In this document: piece by piece, positions 43,809 to 60,214 of the stretch
Numbering within the stretch: position 1 is the first letter of the stretch
Layout of the letters: the number at the start of each line of letters is the position of its first letter
DNA from: the human T2T-CHM13v2.0 reference genome, Homo sapiens
Reading direction: 5' to 3' (one strand)
Assembly (NCBI RefSeq): GCF_009914755.1
Contig: NC_060928.1
DNA length: 64,000 nucleotides
Program-made: the position numbers and the translations under genes
The notes under the pieces: generated by a model
What the model was told of the DNA's origin: nothing
Database searches by the model: none
The model's input: only the letters and a program-made list of their open reading frames with translations

Positions 43809-43958
43809 GTGTTTGGAGTAGATGACAATCAGGATTATAATAGGCCTGTTATCAACAAAAAACATAAAGATCTAATAAAAGATTGGGCTCTCAGTTCTGC
43901 TGCAGCAGTAATGGAAGAAAGAAAACCACTGACTACATCTGGATTTCACCACTCAGAG
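43809..43958 (+). pseudogene. CEP170P1: CEP170-like exon with defective acceptor ([10 protein letters not shown]...GFHHSE)
   Basis: ORF 43809..44027; preceded by ttttccctctAC rather than AG; GAG|GTATAC donor. Confidence 0.9.
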
Positions 43959-44002
43959 GTATACATCTCTTCTGTGTACCTACTTGAATGCATAAAGCAT
44001 AA

Positions 44003-44306
<304 letters not shown>

Positions 44307-45645
44307 TGAATTCTTATCATTTGTAAATTACATTATTTTAAGCAATTAATGTATCTCCTTGTAAAATGCTTCTAAAAACTAAATTTTTATAAATTTATTT
44401 TCTAATGAAAGCCTAAAGCAATTTTGCAGTAATTCAACTTTAATTTTTATTAGGTTTTAGAAATATTCATTTGTCAATGAGGAAAATATTAGGTTTCAGT
44501 AAGCAGTTAATGAGCTATATGCTCATGGTTCTGATTGGCATTATGAGATAAAACAAGAAACATATCCTGCTTATACTTTCTTAGAAGTATATGTTTCCTG
44601 TATATCATACCAGGAAACACGTACGAGGGCACTGCCTGATAGATACAGTTTATATAACTCAGTAACTGCAAATACAGTACAGCCCAGGATATAATTAGAA
44701 TAATATGAAATTAATTAAGGATTGCTTGGTTAAGATAATTACAGAGTCAGTAGGCATAGTAGAGCTAGAAAGATCTGACCCAGAGCTGCCACTTTTAGCT
44801 CAAAGCTTTTGAATCAGTCACTTCTCCCTTATCTTCTGTTTTCTCATCTACACAAATGGCATTTTTGATAAAATCTATTTACAGAGAATTTAACGAAGTA
44901 TATAAAGCATCCAGCATAGTACTTGCCTGAGATTTATGCACTTAACAAATGTTTTTTACCTTTATCAGAAATGATATTAGAATTTCATACCACATTGATG
45001 TGTCAAAAAGAAATGTAAAAAAGTATCTAAGGCATAAGTATTAATTATTATTTATTCAGATAATAAGAGCTAACCTTCAATGGAAGCTTTTGTTCTCTGA
45101 CTCATGCTATATTGTCTCTCAGGAAATGAGTTAATTTGTAATATACAAATATAAATTAATAGAAAATAGAAAATAAAAGAAGAAAACAAAATATAAAAGA
45201 AAATCAAGGTATAAATAAAGAAAATATAAATAAAATGTTACATTTGTAGGAAGTATAAATAAGATTTGTTTCTTACATACAGGTAAATAGACCTATATGT
45301 TTGTTTGTTTATTAATGTTAAAATTGTTTCTTTATATGGCCTATTTCCTGAAAACTGTCAAAGCAATTACTGTATTTTAGTGCTCATTATTTCCCTGTGA
45401 TTGGGAGAATTTTTATTCTGGTTTCTGTTTTATGAGATACTTAATTTACCTATTGAAAGCAGGTGATAGTTATTTGAGGCAATATGTTGCCATTCTGAGT
45501 AACCCAGGAATTCATTTTGGTAAATGTGAATTTAAACAGACTCTCTTCTTTCTTCTCTATTCCTTCAACCCCTGCCAAGCAAAAGCTATAGCCCTGGTAG
45601 GTTCCTTTGTAGGAATTACCTAACATTACCTAACAGGACATTTAG

Positions 45646-46179
<534 letters not shown>

Positions 46180-46246
46180 TGAAATCTTATAGTGATTTAT
46201 CTATTTGAAGTCTTCACTTCTTCAGTGTTTAGCTTGTCATTATTAA

Positions 46247-46590
<344 letters not shown>

Positions 46591-46909
46591 TGACTAGTTG
46601 GTAATAAAGTTTCCGTCGTAGCTTTCCACTCCCTAGTTGTCATTACAGTTTTCATATGAAGCCTTGGCTTGTCTTGGATTTTCATTGAGAGGTGTCATTT
46701 TTAGTAACATAGTTTTTTTCAGAGAAGACCTTTATTTTCTAGAGAATTTTCATTTTATATAAGAGAAAATGTAATCAATGATAATATAGCAAGGTGAGGT
46801 TTAATTATGGGTTTGTATGACAAGTTAATGTGACTAAATGAAATAGTCTTTCATGAGACTCAGATATGACCAGGCTGCATGATTTTGTTTTCTTATTTTT
46901 CTCCTTTAG

Positions 46910-47036
46910 GAAGGCACATCTTCATCTGGAAGCAAACGCTGGGTTTCACAGTGGGCTAGTTTGGCTGCCAATCATACAAGGCATGATCAAGAAGAAAGGA
47001 TAATGGAATTTTCTGCACCTCTTCCTTTAGAGAATG
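46910..47036 (+). pseudogene. CEP170P1: CEP170-like exon ([22 protein letters not shown]...LPLEN)
   Basis: Hand translation; ctcctttag acceptor, G|GTATTC donor. Confidence 0.92.
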
Positions 47037-47934
47037 GTATTCTCTTTCTCTCTTTCATTCTTTATCCCTTTTTTCTTCTCTTTCTCCATTTCTCTCTCTT
47101 TCTCTTACTCTTCTCTGCTTTTTTGTGAATCATATATCAGTTGTTATTATAAAAAACAAGCCAAATCTATATAGTAAGAAGTAAGTTAAACCTAAATAAA
47201 CATATTCACATATTCTCATGCTGATAAATGAATTTATTTTATAAGTAAAAGGCTGATTTTTATTAGATATTGTATATTTTGGGGGATTTTAAGCAGGGGA
47301 CAAATTCAAAGTGATAAAACTCTTTTTTGAGAAATTTAGTGGACTTCGTAAGTTGAGACTTCCTAAGGACAGGTGGACAGACACCAGCTTGGATTTAATA
47401 TTTCATTCCGAGGCACTTTTCATTTTAGTTGTAAATTTCTGCTGTTGAAAATAAGAATGGTTTTTAAATTTTGTCTTTACTTTTAAATGAAAATTCTTCC
47501 TACTCTTTCTGATATGCTGATATCTTAAGATATGATTTTGACTAATGATGCAGCTATTATTCAAGTATAATCTTAACTGAAGATAAGGAAACAATTTTTA
47601 GATGAAGCATATATAGGTGTGTGTATATATTACATATAAAGATGAAGCACATATATATTATATATATAAGTTAAAATTTAAAAATAAGCTGAAGACAGGT
47701 CCAAACGATTTCATTCATAAATACAACAGATATTTATTGAGTGCCTACTTCATGTGGTACATTTAGTGAAAAAGAAATTAATAATCTTACAAATCTATGT
47801 AGTATGATTTTTATTACCTTTTATATTTCTGTGAACAGAAATATAAAGGCTTTTTAAACAAAATGAAGTTGTGTACCTTCAAGGATTTCATTATTACTTT
47901 TTGTTCATTAGTTTTCTAATTAACAATAAGACCC

Positions 47935-48222
47935 TGAAAGGAGGATGAGGAGATGATGGTCAAAAGGTACAAAAATCTCAGTTAGACAGGTGGAAGAAGC
48001 TTTTTTTTTTCCTGAGGTCTACTGCACAGCATGGTGAATATAGTTAATAATATAGTATTGTACATTTTAGATGTTCTCATCACAAAAAGTGTTAACTCTT
48101 TGAGGTGATGAATATGCTAAGTAGCTTGATTTAATTATTTCACATTGTATTTATGGTCAACATTTTATACACCATAAACATATACAAATATAAATTGTCA
48201 ACTTACAATAAAAAATTAAAAA
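47935..48222 (+). mobile_element. L1MA-like 3' end
   Basis: gtcaaaaggtacaaaa...gaggtgatgaatatgctaagtagcttgatttaat motif. Confidence 0.8.
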
Positions 48223-49709
48223 ACTTATCCAAGTTGAAAAATAAATACTCACTTATAGTTAAAAAGCAAAAAGACTCTCAATGAGATTTTGTATGTGGCT
48301 TTTATCTGTTTTCTTAATTTCATTCTGGTTGAAAATGGAAATTTGTTTTGTCTCAGGCTTGTGGCACCCCAAAAATCTGTTTTAAGAATTTTGTAAGTAT
48401 TAGAAGTATTTGAGGAAGCTACATAGCAGTGTACTAGAAAAGCTACATCATTTATTTATATTAGAATCTAGAAGTTATTGATAGTATTACCAAAAATTCT
48501 TTTGAGGGAACAGAGTCATTTGGTTCATATAAACTGTGTTTAGGAAACAAAGAAACCAGACAGAAGGCTAGATAAATTTACCAAAGAATCTGTTATAAAA
48601 TTATTAAGTATTATCTGTGAAAAGCAAAGTTCTATCCTTCTTTTAAAAAATAATAGACCACTTAGCTTTCATGATCTCATTTCTATGTCATCATATTTAA
48701 ATGAACTTATTTACATAAGCTGATAAATCCACTTAAATAATAAAATGTTTTTGTTAAACATATTGAATGTATATGAGGAGGGGGCAGTATGAGAAATACT
48801 GGAAAAATACAAAAGGGTAAAGTAGCCATTACATTCTAGATGCTTCAGTTAGCACTAAGGAGATAAGATATATGAAAGAAGAAACAAAACAAGATATAAC
48901 ATGATTAATGACTAAATTAAAGTTAAATCTATCAGTTCAGTATGGATTTTCCTCCATCACATCCATTGTATTGATATGATATTTAAATACTAAACTTTTA
49001 GGATTATAAAGAGAAAAAAAAGACCCACAGAAGCTATATCTAGTATCTTTTCTCCATTTATCCCTAAAAGATTAGGAAGCTTTATATGTTAATTTATATT
49101 TCCCTGAAAAGATGTTTCCCTTTTCTCAGAAATACATTCCATTTTTAATAGTCAGGAAAATCCTTAAATATTCTCAAATTCTCTCATGTGGAAAAATCAA
49201 AATATATATTTTCTCATTGGCTTCTACTTGAAAAAAAAGAAAGGGATTTTGTATGTCCACATGTGGCATTAATAACCAGAAGACTATAATTTAAAAATTC
49301 CTCAATTTATAAAATTTTGCTATGCCCTAACTATGAAAAGTCTGCTGTTACATACTTACAATTTTTAAAATTCTTTTAATCAGCTATAGATTTTTTTAAA
49401 ATGTTAAAAGTTCTGCATTTTTCACTTTACTTAGGAAATCCAAAATTATCATTCTTTCAAGTAGATAATACTTTTTAAAAACTAGATATGTTGTTCTTCT
49501 CTACTATGTAGTTGAAAATATAGAAAATAAACAATGTTTATTTGACATTCTCTGTATAAATCTACAATAGATTCTGGTTTTTTGAGCAAACCTCAAGGAT
49601 GGAAAGTTACAAAAGTGAGAATGAACACAGTGAACTTCCCTTCTATAAAACACATTAAGAGGAAAGAAGAGCAATATATTTAGGTTTAATATCAGATGAC
49701 CCTTTTATA

Positions 49710-49920
49710 CCATTATGACTATAGTTAATAACAATGCCTTGTGTATTTGAAATAGCTGAAAGTAGATCTTAAATGTTCTCACCACAAAAAAGATAAGTAC
49801 GTGAGGTAATGGATATATTAATTAGCTTGACTTAGCCATTCCATAATGGTATACATATATCAAAACATCATGTTATACACCACAAATATATATAATTTTT
49901 GTCAATTCATAAATAGAAAA
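49710..49920 (+). mobile_element. L1MA-like 3' end fragment
   Basis: gactatagttaataacaat...tgaggtaatggatatattaattagcttga. Confidence 0.8.
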
Positions 49921-50114
49921 TTAAATATATGAAAGGAGAAAAATGATCAGATGACTCTAATTTTCATCTCATACAATTGGCCTTCCTGACTTCTCTAGGA
50001 ATTGCTTATTTGTGCAGCTTGAAATTGTACTTAAACTACTTAGTCACAATGCTGGCTCGTTTGTTTTGTATACTTAAGTCATTTTTAACTTACATCTCAA
50101 AATGTAATGTAATA

Positions 50115-50477
50115 CAGCTGGCCCTCTCTATCCATAGGTTTTGTATTAGTGGGTTTTGCATCTGTGAATTCGACTGAGGATTGAAAATATTTGAGAGGGA
50201 AAAAGAAATGATTGTGTCCCCACTGAACGTGTATAGTCTTTATTTTTTTGTACTTATTCACTAAGCAATACAGTATAACAACTATTTACATAGCTTTTAC
50301 ATTGTATTAGGTATTATAAGTAATCTAGAAATGATTTAAAGTATATGGGAGGGTGTGAGTAGGTTATATACAAATATTATACCACTTTATATAAGGTACT
50401 CAAGCATCCTTGGGATTTGGTATCCTGGGGGAATAAGGGGCCTGGAACCAGTCTTCGTGGATACTGACAGACAACTG
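50115..50477. mobile_element. Tigger3/MER7-like non-autonomous DNA transposon
   Basis: cagctggccctc...gacaactg termini flanked by TA on both sides; internal gtattaggtattataagtaatctag motif. Confidence 0.82.
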
Positions 50478-50546
50478 TATGATGCTCCTTTTATTTTTAT
50501 TTTTTTTGTCTTAATCAATTCCTTCTTTGTGGTTTTTATTTTATAG

Positions 50547-52379
50547 AGACAGAGATCAGTGAGTCTGGCATGACAGTGAGAAGTACTGGCTCTGCAACTT
50601 CCTTGGCTAGCCAGGGAGAGAGAAGGAGACGAACTCTTCCCCAGCTTCCAAATGAAGAAAAGTCTCTTGAGAGCCACAGAGCAAAGGTTGTAACACAGAG
50701 GTCAGAGATAGGAGAAAAACAAGACACAGAACTTCAGGAGAAAGAAACACCTAAACAGGTATACCAGAAAGATAAACAAGATGCTGACAGACCCTTGAGT
50801 AAAATGAACAGGGCAGTAAATGGAGAGACTCTCAAAACTGGTGGAGATAATAAAACCCTACTTCACTTAGGCAGCTCTGCTCCTGGAAAGGAGAAAAGTG
50901 AAACTGATAAGGAAATTTCTTTGGTAAAGCAAACATTAGCAAAACTTCAACAACAAGAACAAAGGGAGGAGGCTCAGTGGACACCTACTAAATTGTCTTC
51001 CAAAAATGTTTCAGGTCAGACAGATAAATGTAGGGAGGAAACTTTTAAACAAGAATCACAACCTCCAGAAAAAAATTAAGGACATTCTACAAGCAAAGGA
51101 GACAGAGTGGCACAAAGTGAGAGCAAGAGAAGAAAAGCTGAGGAAATTCTGAAAAGTCAGACTCCAAAGGGAGGAGACAAGAAGGAATCCTCCAAGTCAT
51201 TAGTGCGACAAGGGAGCTTCACTATAGAAAAACCCAGCCCAAACATACCCATAGAACTTATTCCCCATATAAATAAACAGACTTCCTCTACTCCTTCTTC
51301 TTTAGCATTAACATCTGCAAGTAGAATACGAGAAAGAAGTGAGTCTTTGGATCCTGATTCTAGTATGGACACAACCCTTATTCTAAAAGACACAGAAGCA
51401 GTAATGGCTTTTCTAGAAGCTAAACTACGTGAAGATAATAAAACTGATGAAGGACCAGATACTCCCAGTTATAAGAGAGACAATTCTATTTCACCAGAAT
51501 CTGATGTAGATACAGCTAGTACAATCAGTCTGGTTACTGGAGAAACTGAAAGAAAGTCAACCCAAAAGCGAAAGAGTTTCACTAGCCTCTATAAAGATAG
51601 GTGTTCCACAGGTTCTCCTTCCAAAGATGTTACAAAATCATCATCTTCAGGTGCTAGGGAAAAAATGGAAAAGAAAACAAAAAGTCGTTCCACAGATGTG
51701 GGTTCAAGAGCAGATGGTCGTAAATTTGTTCAGTCCAGTGGGAGAATAAGACAGCCTTCAGTAGACTTAACAGATGATGACCAAACCTCTAGTGTACCTC
51801 ATTCTGCCATCTCTGATATTATGTCATCTGATCAAGAAACTTACTCTTGTAAACCTCATGGACGGACTCCACTTACCTCAGCTGATGAGCATGTACATTC
51901 CAAACTGGAAGGAAGTAAAGTAACGAAATCTAAGACTTCTCCGGTGGTATCTGGTTCATCTAGTAAATCAACCACCCTTCCAAGGCCACGACCTACCAGG
52001 ACTTCCCTCTTGCGCAGAGCACGACGTGGTGAAGCTTCAGACAGTGAACTTGCCGATGCTGACAAAGCATCTGTTGCTTCTGAAGTATCCACAACAAGTT
52101 CTACATCAAAACCTCCCACAGGAAGGCGTAACATCTCTCGGATTGATTTATTGGCTCAGCCTCGTAGAACACGACTTGGCTCACTGTCAGCTCGTAGTGA
52201 CTCTGAAGCAACAATTTCTAGAAGTAGTGCCTCTTCGAGGACCGCAGAAGCCATCATTAGAAGTGGAGCCAGACTAGTACCATCAGATAAATTTTCTCCT
52301 AGAATTAGAGCTAACAGTATCTCTCGACTCTCAGACTCCAAGGTCAAAAGTATGACCTCAGCTCATGGCTCTGCTTCAG
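50547..52379 (+). pseudogene. CEP170P1: CEP170-like large exon (1833 nt) with premature stop
   Basis: ORFs 50570..51079 and 51107..52402 share a frame and are split by TAA 51077-51079; ttttatag acceptor, G|GTAAAT donor. Confidence 0.95.
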
Positions 52380-55053
52380 GTAAATTGGATCCAGATTTCT
52401 AATAGCATTAGCATGTTGTATATTTGGGGGCTCCTTTTTTTTTTTTTTAAAAAAAGGTAAGGTTCTAGTTGTCTTCCCAAGATACTCATTCAAAACAAAA
52501 GTTATGATATACGGGGCAGTGGCGGGGGTGGGGGGAGGTCTATAAAACAGTTTTATTTAGCATAGTAAATGGAAAATCAGAAGTTATATATACTTCCAAT
52601 TAGAGTCCTGGCGCAAAATAGTGATTTCAAAATTAGGAATTCATTGAGCTGATTTAGGAGTTTTAATTTTCCAGTTGGTGATATATTTGGATGTGTGTGT
52701 CAAAATTAAATTATCTGGAATTATCTGGTTTAAAGTATAGGAATTAACATTGTGCTTCTAAAAGCATGTGTTTAACCTTTAAATATCCTCACCTAATTCA
52801 AAGCCCTTAAGAACTTGAAGAAAAGCAGTATATGCTTTATTACTCCTTTCAGAGTTAAATGAAATAATCAATGTTTTGTTCTTTTTTTCCCCTACCCATT
52901 TTGAAATGTCTCACATACTTTACCTATACTTTTTAAAGTTAAATCTGTTTATAGTTGGAGCAGGTGAAAACTAACCTTAATTTATTTCAGTGGAAGAAGA
53001 TGGATTCATGGGGAATCACTCAGCATATATTGGCCAAACTGGGCTGTAGAAATTTAACTGGTTATGAGCATTATATCACAAAGTGCTGTTATATCATTTA
53101 ACTCTAGTAATTAGGTGTAATTGAATATAATAACTACAAAAACTACTTACTTTCCACCAGAATTTAACTGATGCTGTTATATTTGTTTGCTTATGTGCTT
53201 TGTATTCAGAGCTGAAGCCATTGAGATACATGTGTGACCAAAGAGTGATGAGGTGGATATTTCTTTGTGTCCTATATGCATGTTCTCATTACTTCATAAT
53301 GAGCCTCATATGTGGGTGTGGCTGCAAAGGCCAGTGTGGGAGGCCAGCTGTTACAACAGACTTGAAGATGTGTGATTATTTTCAGTAGGCAGACATCTAA
53401 GTAAGCCCTAAGTCTTGAGTTAAGAGTGGAGGGGAAGTTGATATGAAATTTCATCTTTTTATTTTTGATTGGTTTACATCTACCACACCATATCCTACAA
53501 GACCCTAAAGGAACAGTACTTTGCATATGATACTTTTTTCACTTTTCTTCCTCTTTTCACTGCTGCTTTCCTCCACTCCATTCACCTGTATCTCTTTGCT
53601 GGTCAGTGGGTTTGGTAATGATGGTCACTGTCTATGGTAGAAATGGACGTAGGGTGAAGCCAGATAACATATAATCATGATTCCAAAAAAAAATAGACAA
53701 CATTTTCCTTATTACCCCAGTCCTCATTTCCACACTTGAAGCTTTGGTTGGTGGTTCACAAATTTATTGCCAAATATTTTAAAACTAACTACTACATTTT
53801 GGTTTATTTTCATTCTGTTTTTGGTTATGGCTGTACTTCTTCAATTCACATTTCATCTGTGCTGCATTTCCTGATGAAATTTCTTCTGCTGTACTCCTTG
53901 TTTTATCACCTCATCTCCATTAAGATATGTATGTATTTTCCTGTCTTAACATAATTTCTATGTTACCAGGTAGCTTGGAGTACCTCTTAACACATGATGT
54001 GGTTTTATTCCTCGATATTTAGGATAAGGCTTGAGATACAAGCTAAATATGATTACTTCAGCAAGTCTAAGAAACAACTGTAAGATGCTATATATAAAGA
54101 CAGATTTCATTTTCTGCTTCTTTGAATACAGAACTTGATAAATATTCAGTTTTCTGTGTCCAAAAATAACCTTGAATTGTGTATGAAATTCCCTAGGACA
54201 CATTGATGTATATGATTTTAGTCTTTTCGTACTTACTAGCAGTATATTAAATAATTAGAATCATGGAATTTAAAAGTTAGAAGGATTATTCCCTTAAGGG
54301 AACCAAGGCCAAGAGAGGAAATAACCTGCCCTGGGCACATGGCAGTGGCAGGGGCAGAATAAGAATCAAAGACTTTTAATCCCCAGCCTGTTGTTTTTCT
54401 ACCGTATCTATTCTAGCTCTAAGAAATAGTTTCAGTGTTTACTTGTATGCAAGCTTCCAGAAGACAGCTAGAATCTACTGGATTATTATCAGGAGTATAT
54501 GCAAGGTCAATATACAATGTAAAGGTTTTGGTATTGTTTACTAAAATCTTTGCAGTTCTGATGTTTTACCCAGTTTATATTCTCTATTCCACCTTATGAG
54601 TGTAAAGCCACATTGTAATCTAGGATTGTATATTCAGATTCTCTCAAGATACCCACTTATAGTATTAGATCTTCTCTAGGACAGTGGCCAGGATCTTTCC
54701 TTCAGTGAGAACATATTATAATAGCTGTATGGAAAAGGTGGTCAAACAAACAAACAAACAAACCTACCTGTTTGATTTTGCTAATTTAGGTGCCTTTGAT
54801 ATTATAATATTTCTGTTTAAGATAATTATAATATTTTGAATGGAAAAAGAAAAGAAAAATTTTAACTTTTGAAACATGATTTAAAAGAATGTTAAATCAT
54901 GCCGATCAGTGTTGCTGTGCACAGTATAAACTTTAAAGACCTTGGAAATAATCTGAACCTAGCACTTGTGATATTGTCCCAATTGGATATGTAAAAATAA
55001 TTCCATAATGTTTCCAATTCCATATTTTAGATGATGTCTCTAAAATATTTTTA

Positions 55054-55209
55054 GGCCAGCACAGTGTTTCATGCCTGTAATCCCAGTATTTTAGGGGAGG
55101 CCAAAGTTGGAGGATTACTTGAGCCCAGGAGTTCAAGGTGCAGTGAGCTGTGATCACACTACTGCATTCTAGCCTCGGACAAGTGAGACCCTGTCTCCAT
55201 TAAAAAAAA
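55054..55209 (+). mobile_element. FRAM/FAM-type Alu monomer
   Basis: Single right-arm-like monomer with A tail. Confidence 0.8.
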
Positions 55210-55332
55210 GTTTTTTTTAAAGAAATGTATGTGATAAAAATAGAAGATTGGAAATCTCAGATTTAGCAATATGAAGAGAAGAGTTCTGTATGTTTCTCTG
55301 ATGTAATTTGCAATTTGCTTCTAGGAGTTTAA

Positions 55333-55670
<338 letters not shown>

Positions 55671-56585
55671 TGATATCAAGTTGTAACTGAAATATCCAGA
55701 TTTATTTTGGCAAGATATATTTAAATTTAAAGACCTTGAATTATCAAAATAAAGCACTTGGTTTTCATTATGTTTTAAGTGCACGTTTTAGAAAATAAAA
55801 ACATTATGTTAATATCCTTAGAATTTTTTTGGACTGTTTGCAGTCCCTTTTTAATTCTAATCTTCAAAATTTATAGGCAGTAGAAATTAAATGTTAGACA
55901 TGCATGGCTTGAATTAACTCTTTCTCCAGGTCAAAGGACAAAACAGAGCATTGTCAGCAGTTTTTCTCCCCAACTGATCTTATTGCTGAATGCTCATAAA
56001 TATACATTCAAAACATGTTTGTGGTAATTTTCCACTAAAATATTCTGATATTGTATGAAGATGCAATGTGTGTTTTCTGAAGCGTGTTTGCAAAATCTAT
56101 AGTTGTATGTTTTAATGCCAACAAAGAAATTGGAACATTCACAGAAATATGATACTAACAACTCTTTTTTTCCTTTTTAAGTCTCTAGACATCATAAATG
56201 ATAGTATATTTTTGTAGTGAATATAGTAGTTTAGTACTACAACACAAGAGGGAATGTTGCCTATTTTATAATTAAAAAATAAATTTTGTAATGAATGCTG
56301 TAGCTCTAGCTACAAGCTTAATCAAGCCCATCTTGGAACTTTCATTTTAATATATATGCTGTCTAGGCCTTTACTAACGAATAAGTCTCTTAGAGATAGG
56401 CATTTCAAACACCTTCAAATGCCTTAGTAATATCAACCCATCAAATGAGCCTAATAATATATTAAGAAAATCAAATTTATTTTTATAAACTGTTACTTAA
56501 GCTGAATAAAATTCAAGAGAAAGAAATAAAATTTTTCTTCAACACAGGTAGAAATCAGAAAAACTATCATTACTTGAGAAATTTA

Positions 56586-56967
<382 letters not shown>

Positions 56968-57551
56968 TCAGAGAATTCGTTTTGAACTCTGGGAGTCCAT
57001 AGACCTGGCTTATACTTTGATTTTAGCAAGGTAAGACCTCTCTGGGCCTGTTTCTTCTCTTTAAATGGAAGAATTTAGACTCATGTCAAAGGCCATTCTT
57101 CTAAAATTTTATGAAATAAGTAGATGGGGGAAAATTTAAAATATTTTAACTTGAAGTTTATTTGGTGTTAATTAGCAGGTGATAGGGAATTTTCTTTAGA
57201 AAAAAAAGGTTAGGTAGCTGCTATAGTTTGGAAGCAAATGTTAAGAAAGCAAAAAGTTTTGAAATAAATTCTTTGAGAAATAACAGGTTAGAGGGCCTAG
57301 CATTGAACTCCCTTTCCCAGTCCCTTCTCCACCAGTAGCCATCATTTCACTCAGTCTCAGCTCTGCTCTTTGTCGTTACACAGACTGTGTCCAGAGTTAA
57401 CTGGAGCTTTTCTTCATAGCATCCCATGTGTGATATGTTTTCCACTGGCAAAGGGAGCTCTTAATTACTTAATGATTTTTAATCACATTTTTATTTCTCT
57501 GCTGTATGCTGATTATCCAGTTTCCTCCTCAATTTTAAAGAGTGTACCTAA

Positions 57552-57886
<335 letters not shown>

Positions 57887-60214
57887 CCCTGATTGCTTTT
57901 AAAAGATATTATTAGTAGCTTTACTATGCTTACTGACTTCTAGGTAGACCAGCCTATGAAAAGAGATGGAAAGTTTGTGAAAAGGAAGTTTTTCTCGTAC
58001 TTTTTTCCTCAAAGTGTAATTGCATTTTGATCCTAAGCTCAGACTATTAAAAGTTGATTCTAGCATGGCTCTACTTATATGTGATCACCTGACATTTAAC
58101 GTATATTAATAGCACTTGGTACTCAATATCTCATTCTGCTTTCATGTAGTCTGCCACGAAATATATCAGCCATCGATGCCATTCTTTCTAAGTTACCTCA
58201 AAATTAACTGTCTTAGTTTTATCATACTTACGTTTTCATATGTTCTGCAGTTATTAAAGCTCTTTGTTAATTGCTTTTCTTTTCTCTCTAGTTTCCAATC
58301 ATATGTATAGTGACCATAGTTGCCTAATCAAAAATCAGGACATTTGATATAACCAATGATTTTTTTCTTATTTATGAACACTATTGTAAGATAGCACAAT
58401 AAACACACATTTAGCATTTAATGAAATGTTTTTTTGAAAAGTACAAATTTGTTTACACTATTTCTGATTTTGCCTGCTGTATTTCTTAAGTTTTTTCTAA
58501 ACCTCTTTACTCTTGTTCTAAACTTTTCCTAAAATTGGTTTCAAGTCTCAGGATCACTTCAACTCACGGAAGTTTTTATATCTAGAAATGAGTACATTAT
58601 CACCATGGTAAAAGTATTATCTATGTTAATAAATTATCTTACAGTGTTAAAATCAGAAATTATATTTAAGCTCCTCAAAAAAGGTCTATGACTAATTACC
58701 TAGTATATGCATTTGCATACACTTTTACAGAGAGCCATGAACTTTCTGCATATGTTCATTCTGTCATACCTATGAATGAATCTAGTTCCAAACATCAGGA
58801 TCTGCAAATAGGGGTGTGAATAAGGACGAATCGATAGGCTCTAGTTTATGGCATATTCCTCATTGTAGAGTTCTCTGTTTCTTAAGCCAGTTCTGGTGGC
58901 AATATATGCCAGTTTTATCTGAGAGCAACCTCAGCCTTAGAGATCCCCAGATGAAAATGTAGTTTTTGGAGGAAAAGACATAAAAGGCATAAAATTAGAG
59001 TGGAGGAATTTCTGGATTCTGTGCAGCTTAGGGTCAGTTTCTATTAAAAAGGAAGAAGATGCTAAGGTTTTATCACTTTAAACACCAATAACATTTAATG
59101 CTTTTCACTAGGTTTCGGAAAAGTAAATGTTTACATCCGGGAATTCTTACATTTTTTTCAAAAATATTTGTTAAACATTTGCTAGCCAACACTCAGCTAA
59201 GTGCTAGGTATACATTATTGGATTAAACAGACATGGTTCCTGCCCTTGTTAAGTTTACCAGGAATTAGCCATTATCTTTCTTTTTTACCTCTATTTATGC
59301 TTCACAAATTATTTGCATGTTTGATTCTCATATTAACAGTAGTAAAGTGTCTGCCTTGTCTTCTGATTTTTTAAATGTGTGAGCAATACCATTTTTTTAA
59401 TGTCTTTACTAACTGTAAATAAGAAAGTGATTGCCACTTTCTTTAATGTGACTCTTCACAGTATCTCCTGTGCCTTCAATGTCAATGGTTGTGACAAAAG
59501 CTTGTACAGTTTTGCTTTTTGTAGATTTTATGCCATTGTCTATTTTCACCATATGCTTTCAGTGTCAAAGCAGCAGAGAGTTGTACTGAAGATGCTTTGT
59601 TGTGTTTTTTTACCACGTAAAAAGATTTTTTCCAACCATAGTGTAACAGGATGTTGAATGACAGAGGTAATGTTTTTTTTTCTGCCATAAAGGCGTAATT
59701 TCCACAGCCGGAATTATGCACATCTGTATGTTGGGAAAAGAGAGTTTTTACCATCTCCATGTTGAAAGTCCATGTGGCATGAGGAAATCTTTTCCCTTGT
59801 TTTTATTTTTGTTGTCGTTGATGTTGTTACTGTCTTTTTTTTTTGAAAAATTCATATTTTCACTCAAATAAGAAATATTTGCAATTGAAAAGTACTCCAG
59901 TTAAACATCGATGGATAGAACTTGCTTAGTCGTTTATGATTAGTGAAATTTTTCATCTGAATGTTTACTCACCACACTATGGAAAACATGGTCTTTCGAT
60001 TGTTTTTGATTCTTCATTGTTTTTAATTCACCGAAGTGTAATGTTTCTATCTCTAAAGAGTAGTAGACTTATGGTTTTTGTGAGGTATGTGTACGTCAGT
60101 TATTGAAAATTGTGCTGTGTGTGCGCTCTCATGGTGTTTTGAAGTCATGACTTTTATTTTACCTCCTTTAAATGATAACATAATAATTTTTTTTTAATAA
60201 TTAAACTAATTTAG

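Noticed and set aside
44592-44619. Hairpin tgtttcctg...caggaaaca
   Set aside because: A 9-bp stem is expected by chance in 64 kb, and there is no ncRNA context
50570-52402. Two long ORFs (169 aa and 431 aa) as separate genes
   Set aside because: They are one CEP170 exon split by a single in-frame TAA
52513-52538. G-run cluster as a G-quadruplex or intronic enhancer
   Set aside because: Only three runs of 3 or more G; function cannot be supported from sequence
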